A program made the translations under genes and the position numbers. From the IMG/VR virus record IMGVR_UViG_3300045978_000522, positions 1 through 53,816 of that record: a stretch of DNA of 53,816 bases. The stretch is one strand, 5' to 3'. Positions 8,261 through 18,316 of this stretch are shown in pieces (the first letter of the stretch is position 1; every line of letters begins with the position of its first letter). This stretch comes from a virus (Duplodnaviria; Caudoviricetes). Below the pieces are notes generated by a model. The model searched no databases. It was given only the letters and a program-made list of their open reading frames with translations, and had not been told where the DNA came from.

Positions 8261-10321
8261 TCAGGAGCCCTCGCGCCCGGCGGTGCCGGCGGCCACGGCG
8301 GCCGGGATCGCCATCAGTGGCAGCCCGCGCTCCAGCAACTGCCGGCGCAGCTCCGGCGTGAGACGCAGGAGCGTGGCCGGCACGTCGCCGTCGCCGCCCG
8401 GGATCGTGCCGCGCTCGACGACACCGCCCAAGGGCTTGACCAGCTTCTCCAAGCGGCGGGGCAGCAGCTCGTCGTAGAAGGCCTTCATGCCCTCGCCGCC
8501 GACCTGGAGGTCGAGGCCCGTGTAGGTCGAGGCGGTGTTGGCATCCTCCAGGATGCGATCGGCCATCTCCTTGCCGATGGTGTCGGCCAGCTGCGCCGGC
8601 TGCACGTCCTTGGCGAGGATGTCGTCGCCGCCCTGCTGCGCGGTGAGTGAGATGGTGCCGTCCTGGTTCTTGCGCCAGGTCAGGGCGTCGATCTGTTTGC
8701 TCAGGTCGTAGCGCGCCGCCTGGGTCTCGCCGCTACTGAGGCCCAGCCACTGCAGGTCCGGGTTCTCGGCCACCTCCAGCAGCTGCTGCTTGAGCGCCAG
8801 GTCGGGCCAGCTCTCCTTGAAGGGGGCGTCGGGCACGCCGCCGGTCACCAGCGCCCGCGCGGTCTGGTGCGCCTGCGCGGCCTCGTGGTACCCCTGCAGG
8901 GCCGCCAGATCCTCGGGCGGGAGGTCGGTGAGGTCCCAGCGCTGGGCGAAGTCAGGATGCAGCGCAATGGCGTCGAGCGCCTGCTCAGGCCGGTCAAAGC
9001 CGAGATCATCCAGCTTCATGATCGTCTCAAGCGCCGGTTGTCGCGCCGCGACGCGCGCAGCCGCCGCGCGCCTTGCTTGCGCGGTGCTCTCCGGGGTGGT
9101 GTAGCCCTTCTGCTTCCCGGCCTGGTGCCAGTCGCTCTGGATCTCCTCCAGAAAGCGCCCGCGCTCACCGGGTGGCTCCGGGTAGTTGGTGAAACCGCGG
9201 CTGTGGCCATAGGCCGCGGCCTCGTCGTGGGAGATGAGCCCTTGGCGTACGGCCGCCTGCGGGCCGCCCGAGGCGATGTGCTCGGGGAAGCGAGCACCGA
9301 CCGTCTCCTGGATGATGCGCTCGATCTCGGGCAGCGGGCGCGTCTGAGCCGGGAGCGTGCGCTCGGTCGAGCGGATGTGGGTCAGGATGTTGGGCTCATC
9401 GAAGTGGCTGCTGCGGTATTCCGTTGGCGCCGGCAGCGCGTTGATGCGCGCCTGTGCCACATCGTGTTCGGCGATGAGCGCGTCCAGCTCCTGACGGCCC
9501 ATGGTGACCGGGCGTTGATCGACGCGCTCGCCGATGGCGAAACGCTCGCGCTCTAGCGCCTCGCGCTGCGCCACCGCCGGATCCGGCAGCGTCAGCAGCG
9601 TCTCGCGGTAGCGCTCCCCGCCCGGGACGGTGTAGCGCTCGTACTTTGTCCCCCTGTCTGGGCGCGTCGCCTCGCCCCACAGCTGGTGCTGCTGCGCCTG
9701 CTCCGCCGGTGTCAGCTGCGCGGTGTCGTAGCCCACACCGTAGCGCCGCTCCATCTGGCCGACAAACTCGTCGTAACGATCGGACCCGGACCCCCGCGTC
9801 GCCGTGGCGGGCCGTGGCGGCGGGTTGGCCGTCAGGTGCGCCCGCAGCTCCTCGATGGGCACCGGCTGGTTGCCCTTGCCGGCCAGGTACTCCGGCAACT
9901 TGCGGTAGGCGGCCTCCTCGGCGCTGGCCCCACTGCGCAGGAGCGACGCCACCTTGTTCGGGTGGAGCGACTTGGCGGTGAGCCTGTCGACCAGGTCGTC
10001 GATGCGCGAGTAGAGGCCACGCCCAGCGCCGCGCACGGCGCCCGGGCCGAAGGGGACCGCCGCCAGCAGCTCGCCGCCCATGGCCCAAGGGGTGTCCTCG
10101 GGACCCGACGCCCCCGCGAGGGCGCCGCGCACCAGGCCGAGGCCACCCTCGATCGCCGGGGCCAGGAACCCCAGGGGCGCCTGGACGGGCGGCAGGTCGG
10201 GTCCTGGCGGTCCTTGCAGCGGCGTCGGCCTGCGCCGCCCCGTCAGCAGCTCCCAGGCGGTCGGCGGCGTCGGCATCTGGCGCGCCAGCAGTTCCGCCCG
10301 CAACTCGTCGCTTGTCGGCAT
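8261..10321 (-). CDS. Internal virion/ejection protein with conserved large-polyvalent-protein-type domain
   Basis: SSHFDEPNILTHIR, FLEEIQSDWHQAG, PDAPFK, GEGMKAFYD motifs recalled from large phage virion proteins. Confidence 0.65.
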   Translation of the reverse strand: MPTSDELRAELLARQMPTPPTAWELLTGRRRPTPLQGPPGPDLPPVQAPLGFLAPAIEGGLGLVRGALAGASGPEDTPWAMGGELLAAVPFGPGAVRGAGRGLYSRIDDLVDRLTAKSLHPNKVASLLRSGASAEEAAYRKLPEYLAGKGNQPVPIEELRAHLTANPPPRPATATRGSGSDRYDEFVGQMERRYGVGYDTAQLTPAEQAQQHQLWGEATRPDRGTKYERYTVPGGERYRETLLTLPDPAVAQREALERERFAIGERVDQRPVTMGRQELDALIAEHDVAQARINALPAPTEYRSSHFDEPNILTHIRSTERTLPAQTRPLPEIERIIQETVGARFPEHIASGGPQAAVRQGLISHDEAAAYGHSRGFTNYPEPPGERGRFLEEIQSDWHQAGKQKGYTTPESTAQARRAAAARVAARQPALETIMKLDDLGFDRPEQALDAIALHPDFAQRWDLTDLPPEDLAALQGYHEAAQAHQTARALVTGGVPDAPFKESWPDLALKQQLLEVAENPDLQWLGLSSGETQAARYDLSKQIDALTWRKNQDGTISLTAQQGGDDILAKDVQPAQLADTIGKEMADRILEDANTASTYTGLDLQVGGEGMKAFYDELLPRRLEKLVKPLGGVVERGTIPGGDGDVPATLLRLTPELRRQLLERGLPLMAIPAAVAAGTAGREGS

Positions 10322-10476
10322 CAGCGGGGCCCCTGGCGGTCCTGCACGCGGCGTTCGCGGGCGCGCCAGAGCGCCAGGCACAGGCGCCCGTGGAGGCCAA
10401 GGCCGATGGCCAGCACGACTGCCAGACCGATAACGGCGAGCAGCCCCTGGGCAGCGAGCAGGAGCGCGTCAATCAT
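10321..10476 (-). CDS. Small membrane protein
   Basis: MIDALLLAAQGLLAVIGLAVVLAIGLGL, one TM helix; stop overlaps the next ATG. Confidence 0.5.
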   Translation of the reverse strand: MIDALLLAAQGLLAVIGLAVVLAIGLGLHGRLCLALWRARERRVQDRQGPR

Positions 10477-10585
10477 GCGCCTGCCTTTGTTGCCCGGCGG
10501 CGAGGACGGCGGCGTCGATCACGAGTTGCCTTCCCTGTCCCGGTACGGGATACTGGAGAGGCATACCGGGACCGATACAAGGAGC

Positions 10586-10891
10586 ATGGCGATGGAGTGG
10601 GCGACGATCGTGCCGTGGGTGTTCTTTCTGGCGTGGGTCGTGTTGGGCCTGTCGCTCGCGTATGAGGCGGGCGTGGTGACAGTCGTGGGCGTGCAGCGGG
10701 CAGCGAGCCTCCGCCCCCGCGATGCGCGGACCGCCGTGGTGCGTACCCGCGACTGGATGCGCGACACCGTCCAGGGAACTGGTGAGGCGATCGGCGAGTG
10801 CGTCACGGGCTTTCTGGTGTGGGTCATAGACTGTTGGCCGATCTACCTTGCTGCGGCGCTTCTGGGCGCCGCATTATCCCGCCTCCTCTAG
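10586..10891 (+). CDS. Two-TM membrane protein antisense to the virion operon (moron-like)
   Basis: AAGGAG SD; two hydrophobic segments. Confidence 0.65.
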   Translation: MAMEWATIVPWVFFLAWVVLGLSLAYEAGVVTVVGVQRAASLRPRDARTAVVRTRDWMRDTVQGTGEAIGECVTGFLVWVIDCWPIYLAAALLGAALSRLL

Positions 10892-12324
10892 CGTCGAAGC
10901 AGCTCCTCCGCCAGTTGCTGCCGTAGCGCCTCCTGCTCCCGCTTCTGCTCCTCGGCTTCGGTGGCGCGGGCGCCTGGCGCCGCCCAGAGCGCCGGGACGC
11001 GGAACGCGGGATGGCCGACCGCCCCCACGCCCTGCCCGGCCAAGTCGGATCCGATGATGAGACTCGCGGCCACCTTGGGTGAGCGCAGCGCCTCGTAGCC
11101 CGCCACCACGCCCAGACCGGCGAGAGGATTGCCGGTCACAGAGCCGGTGATCAGGGCCGACGCCGGGCTGACAAAGGTCGAGAGGGGCCGTTGTTCCGCC
11201 TCGCCCAGCGCTCGCTTAGCCCAGATCAGGCGCTGGAGCTGCTGATTGGTCGCGGCCAGTTCCGGGTTGGCCGTTTCCAGCCCGCGGCGAATCGCCTGCG
11301 CTTGGGCCTGGGAGAACATCTGGGCGGGCGTATCCACCTGGCGGCCCGCCTCATAGGCCAGGTCCTGCGCCTCCTGCTTCAGCGTGTTCAGCTCCGGTGC
11401 GGGGAACCGGGCGCCGGGCCGGCTTTGCGCCTCGGTCCAGAACCGCATCAGCTTCTCGCGGTAGGGGGCCACCTGGTTGGCTTCGCCCAGCTTCTCGCGC
11501 ACCTGGAGCCGGGCACGCTGCGGCGCGCGCGAGATATCGCGCACGATGCCCACAGCCGGGACGTCTGGCGTCCGGGCGAGTTGCGGGGTGAGGGTCCTAG
11601 CGGTGACCCGGTCCGCCTGCGTCTCCGCGCCCACGGACCGAAACACCTTCTCCCGGCGGATGGCCTCGGCGACGCCGTGCTGCCCAATGGCTTTGCCGGT
11701 GGCGTCCACCTCCTCGCGCAGGGCCTTGGGCGGCCGAATGATGGCGGCGCTGGCGAGGTCGCCCACGCCTTCGCCAGTCCGGCGCGCGACGGCGGCCACC
11801 GGCGTCAGCGGATTCAGGGCGCGCTCGGTGGCGGTGGCGGCGCGGGCGGTCTTGTCGATGATGCCGGGCACGGTCCGTCCGGCGGCCCGGCCCGCAGCGC
11901 CGGTCAACCGGGCCGCCCCACTAACCCCACCGGCCACCGTCGCCAGGTCGCTCAGGACCCGGAAGGGATCCTCCCGCAGCGTGGTCTCGGCGTTCTCCAG
12001 ACCGCCGTAGGCCTTGGCATAGTCCTCCGCGACGGCGCCCGGCAGGCTCGCCAGCAGCCCTGGCGGGAGCTGACCGGTGGCGCCCTGGTAGGCCAACTTG
12101 CCAATTGTGTAGGGCGCCGTCACCAGACCCCAGACGTTGCGCCCGAAGGAGCCGGGGGCGTTGCTGAGCAGCTCGGTGGCGTAGCGCCCAGGCTCCTCCA
12201 GCAGGCGCGGACCCCCAGGCGGCGTGCTCGCGGCGGGCTGGTCGGGGCGCACCAGGCGCCAAGCGGTGCCGGTCCACTCCCGCGTCTCATCCCCCTTGGT
12301 GCGGCGTTCGCCGACGTCAGGCAT
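10888..12324 (-). CDS. DNA ejection/transfer protein
   Basis: Ala/Gly-rich helical protein located among ejection genes. Confidence 0.6.
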   Translation of the reverse strand: MPDVGERRTKGDETREWTGTAWRLVRPDQPAASTPPGGPRLLEEPGRYATELLSNAPGSFGRNVWGLVTAPYTIGKLAYQGATGQLPPGLLASLPGAVAEDYAKAYGGLENAETTLREDPFRVLSDLATVAGGVSGAARLTGAAGRAAGRTVPGIIDKTARAATATERALNPLTPVAAVARRTGEGVGDLASAAIIRPPKALREEVDATGKAIGQHGVAEAIRREKVFRSVGAETQADRVTARTLTPQLARTPDVPAVGIVRDISRAPQRARLQVREKLGEANQVAPYREKLMRFWTEAQSRPGARFPAPELNTLKQEAQDLAYEAGRQVDTPAQMFSQAQAQAIRRGLETANPELAATNQQLQRLIWAKRALGEAEQRPLSTFVSPASALITGSVTGNPLAGLGVVAGYEALRSPKVAASLIIGSDLAGQGVGAVGHPAFRVPALWAAPGARATEAEEQKREQEALRQQLAEELLRR

Positions 12325-14426
12325 CAGCGCCCCCAGTCCGGATCGGTGACCTCGTCAGGCGCCTGGCGCTCAAACTGGCCAAGCGCTGGCTGCTCCCCGA
12401 GGATGGCGGCAGCCCGGTTCTCTGGCGGGAGCCCAGTGAGCACACCCAGCAGCCGCGAGAAGTTAGCCTGGCGCTCGGGCGGGAGCGCCTCGTAGCGTTT
12501 GTACAGGACCTTCCACTTGAGGGCGGCGGTGGTCGCCGTGTCGCGCCCGATGGTCGGGAAGCGCTGGGCAGCCAGCGCGATGTCGTTCTCGCTGAGGCGT
12601 CCGCCCGGGTCCTCGGTGCGGGCCAGGGCGAAGGCCGCCGCGTTGACGAGGTCGTTATAGGCCACGGCGGTCGGATTCGTCCGGGCGCCTATGCCCAGCG
12701 GCGCCGTGGTGGCAAAGAGCTGCTTCCCGCTCTCCAGCACGCCAGCCACACCGGGCGTATCGGTGAAAATCTGGTCGGCGAGCGCCTTGAAGTTGTCCAA
12801 CTCCCGCAGCGCCGAGGCCCGGTTCGCCTTTTGCTCGGTCTGCTTGGCCAGGTCGGCCGGGCTGCGCGGGGACTGGAGGCCACCGGTCTTGGGGGCCGGA
12901 GCCTTTTGGGGCGCCGCCTGGGCTGGCGTCCGCCCGCGCGCCTGGTCGGCTGCCGCCAGTACGGCCGGCACATAGCCTCGAGTCTCAGCGATGCCGGGAA
13001 TGCCGCCCGCCCGGCTGACCCGGCCCGGGCCGGCGTTATAGGCAGCCAAGGCCAGCTCCGGCGTGCCGAAGCGCTGGAGCTGCTGACCGTAGTACCGGAT
13101 CCCACCGGCAATGTTCTCCACCACGTCGCGCGGATTGACGCCCAGCTCCTTGGCGGTGCCGGGCATGAGCTGGAACACGCCGTACGCCCCGGCCGGGGAG
13201 ACCGCCTCCGGGTTGAAGCCAGACTCGCGCTGGGCAATGCTTTCCATCAGGTCCGGATCCTGCCCTTGCCTGACGGCCTCCGCCCGCACCAGGGCGCGCA
13301 GGTTGTCCTCCATGAAGCTGCGCCTGCCGGTGGGCGCCACCACGCCGAGCGGGGTGCCGGCCTGAGGGGCCCGTGCAGGTCCGCCGGCACCGCCAGAAGG
13401 GCCTGGAGGAGCGACAATCCCGAGCGGGGGCAGGGTGACCCCGGCATCCAATGCGTCTGGAGGGGCTCCTGGCGAGGCTGTGGCGGCCTCCCGGTCAGGC
13501 AGCCCGGGTCCAGGGCTTGGCACTGGTGGCGCCCCGCCAGGAGGCGCTGGTGCAGCCGAGGTGGCACTACCCGGGAAGGGTGCCAGGACGGTGCCCTCGG
13601 CATCGATCACGCCGTCCCGGGTGATGAAGGCGAACTTATTCTGGCCGCTCGCCTCGTCGAAGTACTGCATCGCGGTCGGCCGGCCCTCGTAGCTCCAGCT
13701 GATATCCAGACCGGCGATATCGCGGCCCGTCACCGGGCGCTGCTGCCCGGTCGCCGGGTCCATGATGAAGCCCTGCTCGCCCACGATGCGCCCGGGCACC
13801 TTGGTCTTGGCGGTGGCCGGCGTGGCGCCCAGGCCAAACGCTTTCAGGTACGGCTCGGTGAAGGTGACTCCTTCCTGCATCGCCTCCAGCAGCATCTGCG
13901 GCGTCATGGGCCCTTCCCGCAGCCGGCCCAGCACCGCGTCGCGCCGCGCCCGGGCCTCCTGCGCCGTTCGCTCGGTCTCCTGCTCCTTTTGCTCGGCCGG
14001 CGTCGCCTTGCGCCGATAGGTCTCCGGCGCGGTCGACGTGGCGTAGAGCGGGATCTCGTCCTCGGTGGTCCCGATCTGGGCGCCTTGGGTGACCTGGCCC
14101 GGGCGGCGCTCGATCGGGATGCCAGCGGCAATGGCCTTCTGCGCGGTGCCCGCCGGCAGGTCCTCGTCCAGACCGTAGGCGCCCACTTCGGTCAGCGCGT
14201 TGGCGCGCTTGACCGCCTCGCGCTGCTCCTGCTGCGCAAGCAGCCGCTCGTTGCGCTCGGCCAGTTGCATGGCGTCGAGCTGTTGCTGGCGCTCAAACGC
14301 CATGCGCTGGGCCATGAACCGTTGAATCCCCTCGATGGCCGAGGGCCAGGGGTTGGTGCCCGCCACCGCATCGAGCAGGTCGCCGCGGCCGTGACCATAG
14401 CCGGAGCCGTAGCCGTACTCAGTCAT
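12324..14426 (-). CDS. Ejection protein with SLT lytic transglycosylase domain
   Basis: IAQRESGFNPEAVSPAGAYGVFQLMPGTA...LALAAYNAGPGRV...ETRGYV. Confidence 0.85.
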   Translation of the reverse strand: MTEYGYGSGYGHGRGDLLDAVAGTNPWPSAIEGIQRFMAQRMAFERQQQLDAMQLAERNERLLAQQEQREAVKRANALTEVGAYGLDEDLPAGTAQKAIAAGIPIERRPGQVTQGAQIGTTEDEIPLYATSTAPETYRRKATPAEQKEQETERTAQEARARRDAVLGRLREGPMTPQMLLEAMQEGVTFTEPYLKAFGLGATPATAKTKVPGRIVGEQGFIMDPATGQQRPVTGRDIAGLDISWSYEGRPTAMQYFDEASGQNKFAFITRDGVIDAEGTVLAPFPGSATSAAPAPPGGAPPVPSPGPGLPDREAATASPGAPPDALDAGVTLPPLGIVAPPGPSGGAGGPARAPQAGTPLGVVAPTGRRSFMEDNLRALVRAEAVRQGQDPDLMESIAQRESGFNPEAVSPAGAYGVFQLMPGTAKELGVNPRDVVENIAGGIRYYGQQLQRFGTPELALAAYNAGPGRVSRAGGIPGIAETRGYVPAVLAAADQARGRTPAQAAPQKAPAPKTGGLQSPRSPADLAKQTEQKANRASALRELDNFKALADQIFTDTPGVAGVLESGKQLFATTAPLGIGARTNPTAVAYNDLVNAAAFALARTEDPGGRLSENDIALAAQRFPTIGRDTATTAALKWKVLYKRYEALPPERQANFSRLLGVLTGLPPENRAAAILGEQPALGQFERQAPDEVTDPDWGR

Positions 14427-15477
14427 CGTCCTGGTCTCCTGGCGGCGGCTGCTGCTGTTGCTGACGCCGTTGCCGCTCCAGTTGCTGCCACTGCCCGAAG
14501 CCGGTCAGGCCGGTGCCGACCAGGCCGGTGATCTGCTCCCAGGCCCCGGGGCGAGCCAGCGACGGGTCGATGCGGTACGGGTCGGTGGGCGCCGTTGGCG
14601 TCAGGCTGGTGGGCCCCTCCTTGAGGTACTGCTGCGACCGGTCGCTGAGCGTGCGCGCCCCGGCCTGGGTGTTGGCGCTTGGGGCCGTCGGCCCAAAGCC
14701 ATAGGTCGTCATCCAGTCAGCGGCCTTGTAGGGCCGGCCCCCACCGGCGACATACTCCGAGGTCTGCAGCTGCTTCCAGGCATCGCTCCGGCCGGCGCGC
14801 CCTTCCTGCTCGCGCTGCAGCAACTGGTTCCACAGCTCGGTACGGCGGCGCTGGTTGATGTCCTCTTCGGCCAAGGCAATGGCCAGCTCCGCCTGGCGCT
14901 GGTTCCCCTGGCTGGCGGAGTGGGCGCCTAGGACCGGGCCGGCCATGCCGAGGAGGTCCCGCCAGTTGTCGCCGAGGAAGCCGCTAATGGCGCCAAGCGC
15001 GCCACCGGTCCCGGTGGTGGCCGCAGCCGGCGCGACGAGACCTGGTAGCGTCGCCGCCGACCCGGAGACCACCGGGATCCCCGTGCCCGGGATTACGCCC
15101 GCCGTGCCCGCGGTGGTGCCTGCCGTTGTAGCAGTTGGTGCCCCGCCGCCAAAAAGGCCCAGCGCCCCGGCGCCCCCGACCGCCGCCCCGGCGATCGCGG
15201 CCCCCTTGAGGAGGCGCTCGGCCTTCAGGTTCGCCTGATTCAGGTTGCCGGCCGGGTCGATGTTCATGCCACTCGGGATCGCCATGCCGTAGTGCGAGCG
15301 CAGGACGGCGAGGATGTTCCTGCGCTGGTCGTCGCTGAGCGGCCGGCCCGGGGTGCCGCCGACCAGGCGGTACATCTGCTCGTAGATCGGGCTGGCGCGC
15401 CACGCCTGGTTCCACTGGTCGAGCGTGCGCGCGTCGACATCACGGCCGGGCGCGGGTGGAAGTGGTGCGGTCGGCAT
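14419..15477 (-). CDS. Internal virion/pilot protein
   Basis: Gly/Ala-rich hydrophobic stretches and Gln-rich helices. Confidence 0.6.
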   Translation of the reverse strand: MPTAPLPPAPGRDVDARTLDQWNQAWRASPIYEQMYRLVGGTPGRPLSDDQRRNILAVLRSHYGMAIPSGMNIDPAGNLNQANLKAERLLKGAAIAGAAVGGAGALGLFGGGAPTATTAGTTAGTAGVIPGTGIPVVSGSAATLPGLVAPAAATTGTGGALGAISGFLGDNWRDLLGMAGPVLGAHSASQGNQRQAELAIALAEEDINQRRRTELWNQLLQREQEGRAGRSDAWKQLQTSEYVAGGGRPYKAADWMTTYGFGPTAPSANTQAGARTLSDRSQQYLKEGPTSLTPTAPTDPYRIDPSLARPGAWEQITGLVGTGLTGFGQWQQLERQRRQQQQQPPPGDQDDD

Positions 15478-15558
15478 GCTACTCCTCTGCAGGCGAGTAC
15501 GGGTGCCCCTGTGGGCAGGAGGTCTTGCGTGCGAGTGCCGCCCGTGCCACGCTGCCCA

Positions 15559-16716
15559 TCACAAGAGCCCGGATCTCAAAGCATCCCAGTACGCCGCCCG
15601 GTCCTCGGCGCGCAGGCTCAGATCCCGGTTGGCTTGTTGCTGTCGCAACTGTTCAATCTGCCACTGCAACTGGTTGCCGTGGAGCCCCTGCTGCCAGTCG
15701 ATGTCCTGGCCGCGCGCCGTGAGCCCGCCCTGCAGGAGCGCGTTGAGCTGGCCGATGTCCTGGCCGCGCGCCGTGACGTCGAGCCCGCGCTGCTTGATGG
15801 CGTTGTCGAGCAGCGCCAGCTCGCGCTGCATCGCCTGCTGCTGCTCGCCAGTCAGTAGCCCCTGCATCTGTTGCAGCGAGCCGGCGATCTCCTCGCGCCG
15901 GGACTGCAGCTCGCGGCCCATCAGGTCAGCCTGGTACTGCGCCGTCTGGGCGCCCAGGCGCTCGGCCGAGAGGCGCTCCTCCCCTTGCAGGTTGGTGAGG
16001 GCGCCACCGCGCTCGGCCAGGTCGGCGAGATAGTTCCGGCGGGCGCGCTCCTGCTGCGCCGAGTAGGCGCCAGTCTGCTGCGCGATGAGGGGGTCCGATG
16101 CTTGGACGTTCAAGGATTGCTGGGCGCGGCTCTGGAGCTGCCCAAAGAGCTGGTCGCGCTCGGCCCGGCGCTGGACCTCGGCCTGAGCCGCCGCTGCCGC
16201 CGCGGCCCGAGCCGCCTCCTCCCGTTGCTGGCGGTCCAGGGCGTACTGGCTCTGCAGATCGGTAAACTGCTTGTTGCCCGCGGCGATCGTGGCGTCATAG
16301 GCCGCTTGCTGCTGGGCACGGGCTGTGGCGTCCGCCTCTCGTTGCTGGCGCTCGCCCGCCAACTGCTCCTGGAGCGTCGTGAACATCTGCTGGTACCAGT
16401 CGGGGATGCCTGGCGCAGCCGGGGGCGCCGCAGACGCCAGGTAGGGCGGGGCGGCCTGTGGCGTCTGGTACTGAGGCGTCGACCACGATTGGGTCACGCT
16501 TGGCGGCGGTCGGTACGCCGGGCCGCCATCGTCGCGAGGCCGGTTGCCCTCGCTCTGGCTGCTCTCGCGCCGCTGCTGCTTCGCCTCGATGTCGCGGAGG
16601 TACGACTCGTAGTTCTCGCTGGCGCCGGGATCGGTCCGGAGCCGTTCCAGCTTGGCGAGATCCTCTGCCTCGATTGGCGTGCGGTACTTCTGCTGGATGT
16701 CCTCAAGGCTCGCCAT
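15559..16716 (-). CDS. Internal virion protein, Gln-rich coiled coil
   Basis: TARGQDI repeats; start MASLEDIQQKY. Confidence 0.65.
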   Translation of the reverse strand: MASLEDIQQKYRTPIEAEDLAKLERLRTDPGASENYESYLRDIEAKQQRRESSQSEGNRPRDDGGPAYRPPPSVTQSWSTPQYQTPQAAPPYLASAAPPAAPGIPDWYQQMFTTLQEQLAGERQQREADATARAQQQAAYDATIAAGNKQFTDLQSQYALDRQQREEAARAAAAAAAQAEVQRRAERDQLFGQLQSRAQQSLNVQASDPLIAQQTGAYSAQQERARRNYLADLAERGGALTNLQGEERLSAERLGAQTAQYQADLMGRELQSRREEIAGSLQQMQGLLTGEQQQAMQRELALLDNAIKQRGLDVTARGQDIGQLNALLQGGLTARGQDIDWQQGLHGNQLQWQIEQLRQQQANRDLSLRAEDRAAYWDALRSGLL

Positions 16717-16818
16717 GGCGCTTGCCCACTCCACGCAACGGGTTGTGGTGGATTGACGGGCAAACGCCGGGCAGGATGCCCGACGCGACGAACCGGCGAG
16801 AACCGCGAAAGCGGCGCT

Positions 16819-16827
16819 AGGATAGCA
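16819..16827 (-). promoter_or_regulatory. Extended -10 (TGCTATCCT) for the ejection-protein operon
   Basis: Intergenic; identical to 50509-50517. Confidence 0.5.
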
Positions 16828-16940
16828 CCACTGGCGGCGCGGTCTCAAAAAGGAGGCGACCCCGTGCGCGAAACCACGGTCGCCGATCCCGCGAAGGCAC
16901 CCGAAGTGCCGCGCTGGGGCTTCCCGGGGGCCAAACGCCC

Positions 16941-17666
16941 CTAGCGCAGCCAGGTAACCGCAGCCCCGAACGCCGGACCGCGTGTGACGTCGGACTGCCC
17001 GCTGGCCCAAGTCACCGCGCCGGTCCTTCGCATGTTCCCGAGCGCCGACCCGAGCAGGACGCCCTCACGCCCCTTGCCGAGCTTCGCCGCCCGCAACTGC
17101 CTGGCGAGCGATGCTGTGGTCACCGAGGGCGCCTTCCGGAGCGCCCTGACGACAAGGGCGGCCACCGGTCCGAGCTTGTAGCGCCGGCGCGTTTTCCGGT
17201 GCTGGTCTGCCCGGGCACCGTGCCCGAGCGCCGCACGCACGACGAAGTAGGCCTGGCGCGCCGCTGTCTCCTGGACGTTCGCGCCTTCGGCGCGCCACAG
17301 CGCCTGGAGACGCGCAGCTTCGGCGGACGGCGAGGCACTCCAGTTGCCGTGCTCGGCGATGAAGGCGCGGAACGACCCGGGCTTGAAGGTCGCTGTGGCG
17401 CTTACCGGCGCGTCGCTCTGGCCGTTGGGGCTCGCGAGGCCCAGGTGCCCAGCCGCCACATCGAGCGCCGTGACTGCCTTGGCGTGCGTATGGTTCTCGG
17501 TGAGGACAGCCAGCGTGGCGAGGAAACTGGTGAGGCGCTCGACCTCGGCTCTGGCCGCCGCCAGGTCCTGCTCGGCGCGCCTGCGCACGCGGATCAGCGA
17601 GAGCGCCGGAGCGTGCGTGTCGGTCTGCATGATCGGGTCTCCCTTCGGGACTGACGCGGTGCTCAC
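16941..17666 (-). CDS. Basic hypothetical protein, possible C-terminal winged helix
   Basis: Start overlaps the upstream stop codon. Confidence 0.6.
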   Translation of the reverse strand: MSTASVPKGDPIMQTDTHAPALSLIRVRRRAEQDLAAARAEVERLTSFLATLAVLTENHTHAKAVTALDVAAGHLGLASPNGQSDAPVSATATFKPGSFRAFIAEHGNWSASPSAEAARLQALWRAEGANVQETAARQAYFVVRAALGHGARADQHRKTRRRYKLGPVAALVVRALRKAPSVTTASLARQLRAAKLGKGREGVLLGSALGNMRRTGAVTWASGQSDVTRGPAFGAAVTWLR

Positions 17667-18118
17667 TGCTTCTTCGGGCGCGTCTTGACCGGCTTGGCCT
17701 TGCCTTCCTTACGGCGGACGCGCGCTTTCATCGTCAGAAAGGTGCGAATGGATTCATCACGGCCTTTCTGGTACCACGCCGTCGGATCGAGCCCGACGTA
17801 CTCGAAGACGCGCCAGGCGACGTAGAGCGTGGTCACGCCACACGCCGGCTCGCGCGCCAACTGGTACATGGTGGTCCGCTCCCAGAGGTCTTTGACGTGG
17901 CGCACCTTCAGCTCCTGACAGAACGCACTGAGATGGCGCGCAGCAGCGGTGTGCACGATGCCCAGCTCGGTCGCCAGCGCGTGGCGCGACCAGCTTTGTG
18001 ACCCGATGCGGAGCGGATGAGAGGTAGGATCGTTGTCGTCGATCGAGCGGATGAACGTTGTGCCCAGGATGGGCCGCAGCGTCGTCCACCCGTCTGGGGC
18101 AGGCGGTGTCTTAGCCAA
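17663..18118 (-). CDS. Hypothetical protein with RNAP alpha-CTD-like HhH segment
   Basis: ELKVRHVKDLWERTTMYQLAREPACGVTTL; AAAGGAG SD before TTG. Confidence 0.5.
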   Translation of the reverse strand: MAKTPPAPDGWTTLRPILGTTFIRSIDDNDPTSHPLRIGSQSWSRHALATELGIVHTAAARHLSAFCQELKVRHVKDLWERTTMYQLAREPACGVTTLYVAWRVFEYVGLDPTAWYQKGRDESIRTFLTMKARVRRKEGKAKPVKTRPKKQ

Positions 18119-18316
18119 CAGGTTCCTACTCCTTTACGCCGGCAGGATAGGCGAAAATGCCGAATAGCCGGCTACCTTACGCGATCTGACACTGGAAGCC
18201 AAGAGCAAACACCCGCAGCGCCCGGTACAGACGCGCATCCTGTGCGACCGAGTGCCTCCTTGCGTCACTGCGCCTTCCTGCGGTAATATAGCCGGTACCG
18301 CCTTTAGAGTCGGCCT

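Noticed and set aside
15480-15522. Third RBS-occluding hairpin
   Set aside because: The stem is short and bulged, and not distinguishable from chance at this GC content.
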